A DNA stretch of 64,000 nt from Amoeboaphelidium occidentale (taxonomy: Eukaryota). The notes under the pieces were generated by a model that was given only the letters and a program-made list of their open reading frames with translations, searched no databases and had not been told where the DNA came from. Positions 12,257-25,126 of this stretch are shown here, one piece after another (position 1 is the first letter of the stretch; each line of letters begins with the position of its first letter). The stretch is taken from the NCBI GenBank assembly GCA_023515795.1, contig JALGPX010000027.1, forward strand, positions 1 through 64,000, in the 5' to 3' direction. The position numbers and the translations under genes are program-made.

Positions 12257-15200
12257 CTAGTCCCATGGCGATCGTTTAGCCAAGACTTCAAACATAATGC
12301 AAGATAGAGAGTAGATATCATACTTCTTGAAATCAGCTCTACCAAACTTTTTTGACCTAAAGTTTTCGAAAGCTTCTGGTGAGGCGTAATGAACAGAGAG
12401 ACCCCTCAGATTGATCACATGGAACGACTTTGTTGCAATGATCTTCTCAGAAAGAACTTGTGTTATTCCAAAGTCAGTCATGAAACATGTTGGAACACCC
12501 CTTTCAATCTGCACTAAAACATTTTGACTCTTTATATCGCAGTGAGCCAAATAATGGGAATGCATTGTGTTCAGAGCTGAAGATATTTCTCTCAAGATTT
12601 TGACAGTTGTTCTCAAGCTTAAGTGATTCTTACGCAACCATTCATTCAAGGAACCATCGGGATAGTATGCCAATATCATGGACAGAGGGTTTTCTGTGTA
12701 TCCGAGTATTTTGCAAAAGTTTGGAAACGTAGACAGCATGATCATGATTCCGACTTCTTGATAAAATGCATCTTCAAAGGGCTTACTCTTTGCAAATATA
12801 ACCTTTTGTACAACAATATCTCCCAATTTTGCTCTTAAAGCGGCATCCATGGTCTTGGCAAGATAAATTTCTCCTCCGCCGCCTGCTGCCAACTTCTTGA
12901 TCTTTGCAATGTATGAGCTGTCTATGAGATAAGCGGCGTGCATTGAGATTCCCATGACACTGTTGATAATGGTTTCCAAGTCAGTGACTGTCTGACTTGA
13001 ATCAGTTTTATGAGCAAAAACTGCTGGCGATGACTTATCACCGCTCCTTTTCTTTCTGCTAAAAAAGAACAAGGTCACGCAACATGAAATCAAAATTGCG
13101 ACTGAAACAGTGATGTATATGATCGCTTGACGATTCTGCATCAACGATTCTGTTGACAGAAAGCTGGCACGTATCACTGTCCTTCTTTGCCTTTGACCCA
13201 ACTTAGATGTTGTTAAAGTACCACGAGAAACAATGTTTACGTCTTTGAGGTCGGTTTTGAACAAAAATACAGTAGAATCTTCACTCCCTGTCAGAACTGA
13301 ATCATTATAGCAAAGAACGGATGTAACTGGTTTGAAATGACCGACCATTATGTCTTGGTGTCTTCCTGTCTCTATGTTCCATCTACGCGTAACCAGATCT
13401 GAACCTCCAGAAAACAGAGCCCCTCTACAAATTGCCAAAGAATTAACAGGGCCCAGATGACCAAGGTTAAAATTCGAGGTTCTTTGGAACGCTCTCACAA
13501 ATTGTCTCCCAGGAAGCGACCATTGCATAATTGTCATATCTTCTGATGCAGAGAATAACATGTCATTATAAGCAATCAAATGATTAACCTGGAACGTGTG
13601 TTTGTTCAAAACAAAAGCCAAAGTGTATGTCCTAAGATCCCAAGCAAAAATATTTCCGGATTTTGATCCTGAAATAATAAGGGCCTCGGTAGCAGTAAGG
13701 GTTTTTAACGGCTCAGATGCGTAAATTGTGTTTTGTGATGTCAAGTTTCCGTCTCGAGGCCAAATTACAACTTCAGTATCCCTAGTCAGCGAAATCAAAC
13801 TATTGGAAGCCAACGTGAGGCTTTGAAGCGGAGATGCTGAATCAAACAGAACTCTAGAATTCATGATTTCATTTCCTGCAAACCTTAACAACTTGCCGTC
13901 CATTCCAGAAGAAAAGACAATATCGTCCTTGATGGCTATGGAAGAAACAGCACCACGATGTAAATCAATAGTGCCAAATAGAGTCGTGTCATTTAAATTG
14001 AAGCATCTGATATCACCAACCATCGTACCGACAAGAAGAAAGCTTTTGTGAAGCGCAAGTGTAGTTACTGAACTATTTCGGTCTTCGAAGGAGAAAGCCA
14101 CTGTTCGAGATGCCATATTCCATTTCTTGATAACACCGTCATAACTGCATGAGAACAAAATAAAGTTTTCATCGAAGGCTATCGAATGTACACCATCTTC
14201 ATGACCTGAATACGTCTCCAAGATTTCCAGAGTTGCGGAATCTCTGGATCTGATCTGATGATTGACATGACCGCTAAACAAGCGAGTTCCTCTTATAGCC
14301 ACGCAATTGCACCCAGCGCTTTCTGCACAATTAAAGAAAAGCTTAATGAGAAATACCTCCTCGATTTACAACCGTCGCACCTGTAAATACATCGAACATG
14401 GCTATTCCGCGGCTTGTTCCGACAACCAAGAAATTTTCAAACGTTACCGTTGAGAAGATGAGATCGATTGCTAAACTTTAGATCATAACAAATCAGGTAC
14501 CGTCAACTGATCGTACAAACTGAAGATCATCTTTAGACCAAAGCTGTACGATCCCATCCTCTGATCCGGAAAAAATAAAGTCGTTATTATGTTTGATCTC
14601 AACGATGGTGCCTTGATGGACACCGAATCTTGCTGCAATAACACCGGTTGATATATTCCAGCTCACAAGGATTCCATCATATCCGCCAGAGTAAAGAACA
14701 CCATCAGTAAATAGAAGCGCACGTATGGTATCTAGATTACCTAAACCTTAAGCCGTATTAAAGACAAACGCTTACTTCTAAAAATCATTGTACAGATCAA
14801 TTGTGTCAGGTTCCATTGTCGGATTGTTTGGTCACTGCTTCCCGAGAACAACAGGTTTTCGTGAAGATGTAAACTTTCTATCTCTGAAACATGATCAGTT
14901 AGAACGGCGTATGGGAGATAATTGTTCGAGGAAATATCCAAGAGCCGAATAGTGGATTCTTCTCCGCTGCTAATCATTGTGTTTTTCCACAAAACGGAAT
15001 TTAATGTTCTTTTTAAGCGGCTCCTATATGTAAAGTCCGGGAAATGGCCTGTCAAAGGCGTTCGTTTGATAACTGTATCGCTTGAACCAGAAAAAAGCGT
15101 ATCAGAATTCACTGCCAAACTAATTACAATATCAAGATGAGAAGGCAGAAATATTTTCCACTTAAGCCCATTTTCAGTTCTCCAGGAGTAAATATTTTTA

Positions 15201-15967
15201 TCTGTACCAGCAACGAATAGAATGTCATTCGCCACCAGCATAAAGTAAGCAAATCCAAAGTAATCTAAGTACCGAGTAATAATTTCACCAGTGTCTACGT
15301 TCCAGGAAAAAATATTTTTGTCAGTTGAAGCAGAATACAATGAGTTTTTGTAGAACTCCAATGCGTTGATTGCACCGGTATGGCCATCAAAGTTCATATC
15401 CAGCAACATGTTTGAGGTTCGATATTTCTCTAATTGTCTTGTCCTGGAAGCTTTCCCAACATACAGAAAGTTCCTATTCACAATAACCTTTTGAACTTCA
15501 ACTCCCAGAGCAATTGTTCTAGCTGTGCTTGCTCCAGAGAGATCAATTTTTCTTAGCTTCTGATCTGTTCCACCAGCAAAGACAAAATCATTCTGGTAAG
15601 AAATACTTATGATCGCATTCGAAGAAGTTTCAAGTTTAATTCTTCTGATCACAGAGCCAGTCTTTACGTTCCACACAATCAAGGTGCAATCCAGTGAGAC
15701 AGTGATCATTCTGTCATCGTTGGTCAACAGAATTGAAGTCACAATCGACGAATGCGCTCTAAAGTTTCTTTGAACAGCACCTGTAGCAATATCTTTCTGA
15801 ACAATATCATTTGCTGATGTCAGCAACAAAGAGTTTTGGTACAGTGCGATGTAGAACGCAGAGGCAGCAGTTTCTTTCAGCAAGAAGCTCTTTTCATGTT
15901 CAAGACCAAAGGGAGTGAGAGACAGAAGTGTGGTGAATAGACAAATGGTCCAGGGTAAAAGATTCAT
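12257..15967 (-). CDS. WD40-ectodomain receptor-like kinase B (~1203 aa)
   Basis: SP MNLLPWTICLFTTLLSLTPFG followed by LEHEKSF, WD40 repeats, TM AIIYITVSVAILISCCVTLFFF, and HCDIKSQN/DFG/SPE. Introns at 14741-14775, 14471-14500 and 14323-14356 give a 3612-nt CDS. Confidence 0.9.
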
Positions 15968-16547
15968 GTCAGCAGGTTGAATATGAAACAAGAGTAGCAA
16001 TAGCCTTGTTTGATGCTGTCTCGGAGCAATGTTCAAACTAACCATCACGAGTTTGCCAGCAATAATATTGTTGATTTTATCGCGCAGAGCTCCAGCTCAA
16101 GCGTCTACATGCTGCGAGCTGGAGTGCGAATGGGCTTTCTTAAAGGGGGTATATCTAGCTCGCTCTGAACCCTGCAATCTTATGTTCCTTCTGTTTACAT
16201 GAGTTGAAACAGACAAAGTTTTGGGTGCTTAAAGTCTGTAATTTAGATTGCTTAACTGTTTGGAACAGGGACATTAACGCTGTACGAAATATCAGACACG
16301 TTTTCTTGGATTTGAATGCAAATGGTGGTAAAAGGCCTCTTGCGTTCTCCAGGAAGAATCGTGCATGATGTTTCGTCAGCTAACTGCAAATTTAATTGGT
16401 GGAGAAAGGTGATTATGCTTCCACAGTCTCCGCCAGCGTAGCCGAGAAATCGGCGATTCGTGTAACGCTCTTCTAAGTAAGATTTGGTTTTATTTGAAAT
16501 AATCCTGTAGCGAAGGGCCAGTTATTATAAAGAAGTACAAATAACGT

Positions 16548-19500
16548 TTAGCTCCATGGAGTTTTCTTTGCGAGTACTTCAAAAGCAACACAACCAAGCG
16601 AGTAGAGATCATGCGCCTTGTAATTGACCCTTCCGTGCGATTTTGAAGCGAAATATTTAAACGACTCTGGTGCAGCGTAGTATATAGATAAACCTCTCAG
16701 GTTAACGACATTGAACAACTTGGAAGCCAAAACTCGATCAGATAAAACTTGAGTAATACCAAAATCTGTCAAGAAGCAGGAAAGTACTCCATTAGAGTTC
16801 TTTACCAAAACATTCTGCGTTTTCAAGTCACAATGAGCCAAGTGATGATTGTGCATGGTCTCTATAGCTTTTGCGATTTCTTTTAAACATTTTAAACCAT
16901 TAGGAGTGCTAACTTGTTTCGACCTAAGCCATTCATAAAGTGATCCATCGGCATAGTACTTAAGAACAATCGAAAGCGGTTTCTCAGTATACCCGATAAT
17001 CTGACAGAAATGAGAAAATGTCGATAGCATAATCATTATTCCGACTTCTTGATAGAAAGCGTCTTGTGCGCTTTTGCTTTTGACGAAGACAACCTTTTGT
17101 ATTACCAACAAACCCGCTTTCTTGGCTAACAGTGGATCCATAATTTTAACCAGAAAAAGCTCACCTCCACCGCCAGTTGCGATTTTCTTAACCGTCGCCA
17201 ATACGGAACCGTCAAGAAGAAACGCTGCATGCTTAGAAATTCCCATTATAGAATTGACAACAGTATCCAAGTCAGTGAAAGTCGTGCTGCTATATTTCTC
17301 TGATGTTAAAGCGGTTGGGCTTGATGACCCTGATATTCTGATTCTGAAGAACAGGCAGCCAAAAAGGATCAAAATAATAACAAATGCAGTCCCTGCAAGA
17401 GCTACAACTAAACCAATACTCACAGTGAAATTTGCAACTGACACTTGTTTGACTTTAATAACTTTTTTTCTGATGTTACCGTCGGTACCAATGAGTGTTC
17501 TAGTTAAGCTGTAAGAATTGGATTGTTCCGGAAGAAAAGGCTTGAAAGACAGGACGCTAAAGTCTTCACTTCCTGCATAAACAGAGCCATTGTAGCAAAC
17601 GACTGCGGTGAAAGGTTTTGAGGCGCCAAAGTAGACGTCTTCATGATTACCAGAAGTTGGGTTCCATCTTCGAATAGTTCTATCAGCACCAGCAGAGAAA
17701 AGAACATCTTGACACATTGATAGTGAATTAACTGGACCTAAGTGCCCAAGAGCCGTTGATGAATATCGCTTGAATACTTTGACTGATTCTCTGTCTTTCA
17801 ATGACCATTTTACAATTGTATTATCATCTGATGCAGAAAAAACTCCATCGTTTTCAGCTAAAATCATATTGACCTCCGCATTGTGTCCGTCAAGTTGAAA
17901 ATCAAACTCAAGCGAGACGAGGCTCCAGACAATTATTTTGCCTGTTTTAGAACCAGCCATTAGGTACACGTCATTGGAGGTAATGCAAGACAAAGGTTCA
18001 ACTGCAGAGACGCTTTTGACAATTTCATATGTGAACAAATTGATAATTTCAATTACTTCTTTGCCATTCAAAACAAACAAACTATTATTGCGAATTGCTA
18101 AATCTAGTAATGGATGATTAGCAGAAACTAACGGACTAGAAATCTGAATATTATTTTGAAGCTCTGACCGAAAGAGCATTCCATCAGAGCCAGTTGAATA
18201 AATCCAATCCCTTTCAACAAGCAGTCTTGAAACTGTCTTGTTGTGGATTTGACTGGACGATATTACTCTCGATGTCGACATGTCAAAAACATTAATGATC
18301 CCATCTCGTTGACCCACAAAAAGTGTTTTCCCTAAAGATATCATTGAAGTAACAGAGCTTCTCCTATTCTCAAAAGAATATGCTGTTCTTCTGGTTGCCA
18401 TGTTCCATTTGATTATAGAACCGTCAAAACTTGCGGAAAATAAGATTTCTTTTTCGTCATAAAAAAGGGAATATACGACATTAGAATGCCCCCTAAAAAT
18501 CTCTATCGTACTTAAATAGTTTAGATCTCTTGCTCTAATCAGACCATCTAAATGCCCACTGTAAACGCGAGAGGAACCTGCTGCTAAGCAAAGGCAGATG
18601 TAATCCTCTCTAATATCAGCGATGGTTGAGCCACTATATGTTGAAAACAGTTGGAGTCCTACTTGTGAGCAAGAAACAAGTGAGTCTTCTCGAAGCAGTA
18701 GAGCTGCAGTTGATTCCGGAACTAGAATGTTAATGCTTTCTGCTGAAGAAAAAACCGTCATAGAAACGTGTCAGTTGCGCTGAAGATTTTGACCATTGAA
18801 GAATTGCAAGATCATCGGAACCAGAAAAAACGAAATCTCGAGATGCTACAAGGGCGTTGATCCGATACTGCGCACCTTCAAATGTCCCAACTTGTTCTCC
18901 TGACGTGATGATCCATTGCCTAATGATCAGGTCTGGACCTCCCGAGTAAAGGAAATCATCACTAGCCACTAAAGCAGTTACAATATTTGTGTGCCCTAAA
19001 ATTCAGTCAGGCTAATGAACGATGATGAAAATACCGCTTAATGCTCTAATTCTTGTGACATCTGTCAAATTCCATTGAGCTATCGTGGTATCAGAGCTGG
19101 AAGAAAAGAGGTAATCTTGATGAACCAGAAGGTTAGTAATAGAACTTTGATGACCGAGGAGTACTCTAACAGGTTCTAAGCTGTTAATTGAAACATCCCA
19201 AATTCGGATTTCTGAATCATCACTGCCGCTCATAGCGTAGCTTTTCCAAACAACCACAGATCTGAGTTTTGTATTAATACCTTTGAAAGACTTCATCGGC
19301 AGACCGGATGATATGTTCCACTGAAGCACAGTGGTATCATCCGATCCGGAGAAAAGAGCTTGTCCTCCGAACCACAAGCATTGAATCCTATTCGAATGTG
19401 ATTTTGAAAACACTTTCATGATCTGCCCATCATTGATGTTCCACTTGATAATTCTTAGATCCCAGCCACCAGAATAGAGTTCACCCTCATGATCGATAAT

Positions 19501-20260
19501 TGCAAGCACACTCAAAGAATGGCCTTGATATCTTTTCATGATTTCGCCAGTATCAGTGTTCCAGCTTATAATATCCATTACACTACATGATGCCAATAGA
19601 ATGTTACCAATTAAGTGCATAGCAGTAACAGAGCTTTCACAACCGCCAAACGCCATAATTTGTCTAAATGATGAAGTTGCGATCTTTTCCAATGGAGCGA
19701 CTGAAGCCCATTTCCCTACGTATACACTATCGCCACTTACTAAAATCTTTGAAACTCTAACGGAAAAATCTATAGAATTTAACCCAAGTTATTTGTAAAA
19801 TACCTCTTGACCTAACAACCCTTCCTGTAACCAAGTCTAAATGCCTGATTTTGCCATCGTCACCTCCTGAGTAAACTTGGCCACCTTGTAAAGATAATCC
19901 TTTGACCAAAGTACCCGTTGATCCCAACCAGATCCGCTTTAGGATCGCACCTGATTCCAAACTCCAAACGATAATCATATCATCCGACGCTGATGTTATC
20001 ATTCTGGAGTCATTTGTGACTACAAATGCCGAGATCAAATTTGTATGAGCCCTGAAAGTCCTCTGTATTGCACCTGTTTCAATGTCTTTCTCAACAATGT
20101 CGTTGGAAGATGTCAAGAGTAAGGATTCCCTATGCACACTGATCGAGTAAACTACAGCAGCAGCATCATGTACTAAGAAACTCTTCTCATGATCGAGCAA
20201 AGAGGATAGATGTAGCATCGTAGCTATCAGCAGCCATATTCCTAAGTCTGCATGAAACAT
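16548..20260 (-). CDS. WD40-ectodomain receptor-like kinase C (~1201 aa)
   Basis: SP MFHADLGIWLLIATMLHLSS followed by LDHEKSF, WD40 repeats, TM IGLVVALAGTAFVIILILFGCLFF, and HCDLKTQN/DFG/APE. Introns at 19770-19803, 18996-19034 and 18722-18755 give a 3606-nt CDS. Confidence 0.9.
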
Positions 20261-20587
20261 TCGGAAGAATTGATTGATCGCAAACGTAGTTTACACAATT
20301 TCAGATTAGTAAAATATGAAATTTCTTCTGTGAATATACCAACTGTCTTCATTCACCGTTACACGAGTGTAAGACACGTGCATAACTTTCTTCGGTTCAT
20401 GATAATGGTGATATGGAACTTTCGCGGTGAACCAAACTGATAAGTGTCAGATACTGCAATATTGATCGTCGTGAAACGACAGTTGTGATGGTGTTTCGTT
20501 TAATGGCTTATAGGCTTACTCCGGACACTATCTGTCATTGACTAGCTCGACATGATATACAATTAACCTGTCTTTATTGAAAGGTTA

Positions 20588-23362
20588 TTACAAGATTGGT
20601 ACACCATAGACTTTGAAATCATCAATTCTTCCATACAACATCGTATTAGTTCCCGAGTTAATAGCGCCAACGTAGAAATCATTATTGCCAGGATTAATTC
20701 CAGTTGCTATACGTTAAACAAGAAAGCTTCAAAATTTACCTGATATTGTTGTCTGCGCAACTACTACACAATTCCAAGCCAATTTAATCGTGGTTCCGGT
20801 CGTTGTCGGTGTATAAGAAGCAGTGATACGAACCCACTGGTCCAAGTAACAATCATCCGGAATATTGTAACTGATAGTTGTAATTGGTCTTGTTCCACTT
20901 GCAGACTTAATACTAAAGGACAATGTATTCTTGACAAATCTCAAATAAACTTGGTCATTTCCAGTCCATTTTGTGAATAATGCATCTTCTGCTGTAATAC
21001 CATATCTCATCACAAGCATATCGACTCCAAAACCGTTGGTGAATTGGAATGTCCCAGATCCTGGAACAGTAAAGAATGTATCTACGTCATTGAAATTCAG
21101 AGCAGTTCCAGTGAAACCAGAAACCAAACCACTCTTGAAGTTGATATTTCCTGATAACGAAGAACCCATCAAATTGGGAATTTTACCAAGAGCGTAAGCT
21201 GCTGCATCATTGAAGTCATATGAAATTATTGGAGCTGCTGCTGGAGTTGTTGTTAGAGCAAGACATGGACTAGATTTTGAACAAGGGCAGTTTGGACAAG
21301 CAGGTACTGTTGGACCGATATTAACTTGGAAGACCCCAACGTCATTTTTGATAGATACAGCAATAACTGAACCATAAATAACACCACTTGGATTATTCAA
21401 AACAGCATTTGGAGCAAATAAACCACCTCTTATACCGACATTCACCGCATTTACAACTGTAGCATCACAAGTCAACCATTCAACAGGAATATTAGCCAGG
21501 GCCTCCATGTCCATTCCGGAAAAGCTAACTGTTGCGCCACCAATCATAATTACAATTAACTTGTGGAAAGACGGTTTGTAATTCACAAGAGGTGAAATAG
21601 ACTTAACATAAGCCCAATCTGCCGGGTCGATAACAACAATCTCAATCGGATTAACGCCAGTTAGAGTAATAGTCAAGACACCACTGTAAGCTCCTGAGAT
21701 TGAATAGAAAGTTCCTGTTGGAGGGTACGATTTGAATAAGGCACACGTACCTTTCAATTTAACAAATACATTGGCAAAATCAAGGTATTTCGGAATAACT
21801 TTTACGGAACAAGATGGATTCAAAATACCACTGTTAATAGTACTCCCTGTTGCTCCAACAACAATATCACCATTATAATTATTTCCGCTTCCCCAAGTAA
21901 TGGTTTTGCCTGCCACAACATCAACAACAGAACACGGTGGATTAATACCAAGTTTATCCCCTACAGAAAATCCGTTGCCAAGCTTAACAGTCCCGCCTGC
22001 AGCAAGAGCTCCTTCAATGTCTCCTGTACCAGCAGTGTAATCACCAAAAAGGAACACGGAATAATTTAATGCAGGACCCTTGTCTATACATGGAGTTAGA
22101 TCAGTTGGTGGATAAACAGGCAATGTCTTGTTCATTGAAAAGCAAATGCCTGGGCAAGGTGGCAACGCTGGACTGACATTAATTTGAACGGAACCATTCA
22201 TGAAATGAGCGTAAACATTGCCAACAATCAAACCACTAGTATTAATAATATCAGCATCAGGAGCCAAGATGTTTCCATTCACTTGAATATCTTTTATCGT
22301 CATCAAAGTTGCATCGCATGCTAGCCAAACAACGTTATAACCCAAAAGAGCTGTCATTTCAACAGAAATAAAATCAACTTTTGTGCCACGTAGCTTAAAT
22401 ACAATAGTTTGAGGTGATGAACTAGGTATTAAAGAGATGGTGTCGATTGTCTTGACCAGCAACCAATCTGAGGGAGAAATATCAACTATTTGTACAGGAT
22501 CATTCGTAAAGAACTTCACTTGCAAAAGACCACCAGACGCAATAGAATAGGAAGTTGTAGCAGGCAATGAAAAGAATTGTGAACATGTGCTACGTAGACA
22601 ATTTCTGGCTTGAACAAAATCCAAGTAATCAGGGTCGTACACAATTTGGCAGCCAGGATCAATTCCTGTATAACGAGGATACGGCAACTTTTGGACAATA
22701 GCACTACCACCAAACGTTCTACCGTATTCCCAGCCAGAGATTTTTCCGCCAAAGACAATATCAAATACGGGTGCAGTTGGAGAGCATGGAGGAGTGATAC
22801 CAAGTTTGAAACCAACTGAAAAGTATGACATCAAATAAGCATCACCTCCAATTGCAACAGAACCTTCAACATCCGGACCACTGTAGTAATCTCCACTCAA
22901 AAACAAGTTGAACTCTCCAACATCACCAAAGCCAATACATGTTGGAACAGGTGTGCTGGTTGTTGTCGTAATTGCAGTAGTTGTGGTTACTTGAGTACTT
23001 GTTGTAATTGCCGTGGTGGTGGTCACTTGGGTACTTGTTGTAATTGTGGATGTAGTTGTGGGATCTGTACATGTATAACTGGTTAATGTGGTGAAAACGG
23101 TTGAAGTCGTAGGGCAGATAGTTGTAACAGTCGTTGTAACAGTTCCGGTGACAAAAACAGTTGATCTTGAAGAAGGAGTTGGGATAGCCTCTGGAGAATC
23201 CGGAGCAACAGTGGTAAAAAGCGCTGCGGATGTTTCATGTGGGCCAGCATGTCTTCTTTCTCTTTGAGTCAAATTATCACCAAAAGAGCCTTCATAATTC
23301 AAATAGAGCTGAAATAAAACCAAAACAGCTGCAACAAGAAAGGCTTGAGACACTAAAGACAT
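20588..23362 (-). CDS. Secreted/surface protein: Thr-rich linker, two choice-of-anchor-A (ice-binding-like) domains, C-terminal LamG-like domain
   Basis: Hydrophobic N-terminus and TTSTQVTTTTAI repeats. Two domains carry the F(N/S)xFxxGD..D(V/I)EG..A.GG..FSVG and G..(L/F)AP.A motifs. Intron 20707-20739 completes a LamG-type end, FYVGA..LYGRIDDFKVY. Confidence 0.75.
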
Positions 23363-23438
23363 TGTTAACTAAGTTTTAGTTTTTGCTTGGGAAAATGAAA
23401 CGGTCAGCGCCCGGCCAACAACATCTTTCTTGTTTGAC

Positions 23439-25014
23439 ATGCGAGCGTTATCAAGTACTTTCAGCATTTTGCTTGTTTCAAGTCTAATTCCACTCTGCTC
23501 TGCAATTGACTACCTTATTTACGGCGGCACAAGCTCTGTAGATTATGAAACCCTGTTGACTTCCCTTGGTAAGCTTAAATCATTGAAAAACTTGCTTAAC
23601 TAATGTTCCAACTGAAGGTAAAACATTCCAGGTCGCAACAGATGCACAATGGTCGGCCATGACTGCTGCTGATTTTCAGAAGTTCTCGGCAATTGTGCTT
23701 CCTGATCCAACTTGCAGTAGCAGTATTGCGACAAAGTTGGCAGTTCCGCTGGCAAACAGAAATATCTGGTCATCTCCTAGTGTTATAACAGGAAACGTTG
23801 TCATCATTGGAACAGATGAACACTATCATTGGAGAATCAGTGGTGTTGATAGAGGTCGAGCGTTGGCCAGGAATATGTTACTGTTTGCTGGTTCAGAAGT
23901 TGGTAAAACTGGTCTTTATGTTTCATTGGTTTGTATTACTTGGTTGAAGCTCTTTTATCTTTTAGAGTTGCTATTACAGTGGTACTACAACTCCGGTAGC
24001 TGTTGCGTTATTGGATCAGTTTACAACTGACAAGCCTTTTAGAGCTGTTCAGCCTCCTGGTTGTTTCGATAATGCGTAAGTCCAATTGTATGATGGTGAC
24101 TTATTACGCTGTCTATAGTCATATTGTTGCTACCCATCCTTCTTTGGTCGGTTTGACTGATGCACTTTTGGCCAATTGGGGTTGCTCAGTACACGAGATC
24201 TTCACTACCTTTCCCAAAGAATTCATTCCACTGGTTATTGCTAGATTGCCTACTGGTCTGACTTTTGCTGATGGTTCAGTTGGAACTCCGTACAGTAACT
24301 TACTTTGGCTGTCAACAATTGATCCTTTTAGTTCTTGCTCGTGGTGTATCTCTAAGTCCTCTTAAGTGTGGTGATGGAATTATTCAAGCACCAGAACAAT
24401 GTGATGGTACGTTACTTACTGGTATCATGATTTTTGCTAACTCTTTAGATGGAAATACCGTTCCTAATGACGGGTGTTCAGAAAAATGTAGGACTGAATT
24501 TTGTGGTGATGGCATAGTCCAAAAACCTAGAGAGCAGTGTGATAATGGTTCGAACTTACCTGGAAGTGGTTGTAACAATTGCAAGATTGAGACTGTTCCG
24601 CCAGTTTGCTCAAAAGTTGTTGCCAGTGTCGCTTCAGTATGGCCACCGGACGGAAGATTAGAAAAAATTGTCTTCAGTGGCGCTGTTACTTCACCTCCTG
24701 GTGGTATGGTAAACTATACAGTCCTCAGAATCAATCAAACGGAACCAACAATGCTTACACCGGCTGATACAAACTGTCCAGATGGTTTTATTACTACTTC
24801 TTCAATAAGAATCGAGCGTGAAAGCGCAGACGCAAGAAATACTTTAGGCCGTACATATTTTATTGATTATAAGGCTACGCAACCTGACGGTCAAAGTTGT
24901 ACAGGAAGAGCCACCATTTGTGTATCGCCAAATCAATGTGGTACTTGTGCAGTTCCTCCAGATGCTATTTTATACGATTCTACCACCTGTAACAAAGCTA
25001 TTGTATCGGCTTAG
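23439..25014 (+). CDS. Secreted protein (~455 aa): bacterial-type N-terminal domain, Myxococcus-type Cys-rich repeats (DUF4215-like), and a WPP..GR.Y C-terminal domain
   Basis: SP MRALSSTFSILLVSSLIPLCSA. Introns at 23569-23617, 23929-23965, 24076-24118, 24295-24331 and 24407-24448 give a 1368-nt frame. Two CGDGI.Q..EQCD.G repeats are present. Confidence 0.75.
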
Positions 25015-25126
25015 ATTAAAGTAGTAGAAATCGGGTCAGTAAGATACGAATAAACGGTTGAGTGGTATTTTCGGGATCGATTCGAGTAACGCGTTTGAAA
25101 ATTGAATATAACGGACTAAGCTTGCT

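Noticed and set aside
16090..16124. 9-bp inverted repeat CTCCAGCTC/GAGCTGGAG upstream of kinase B
   Set aside because: Single occurrence, not seen upstream of A or C; could be chance.
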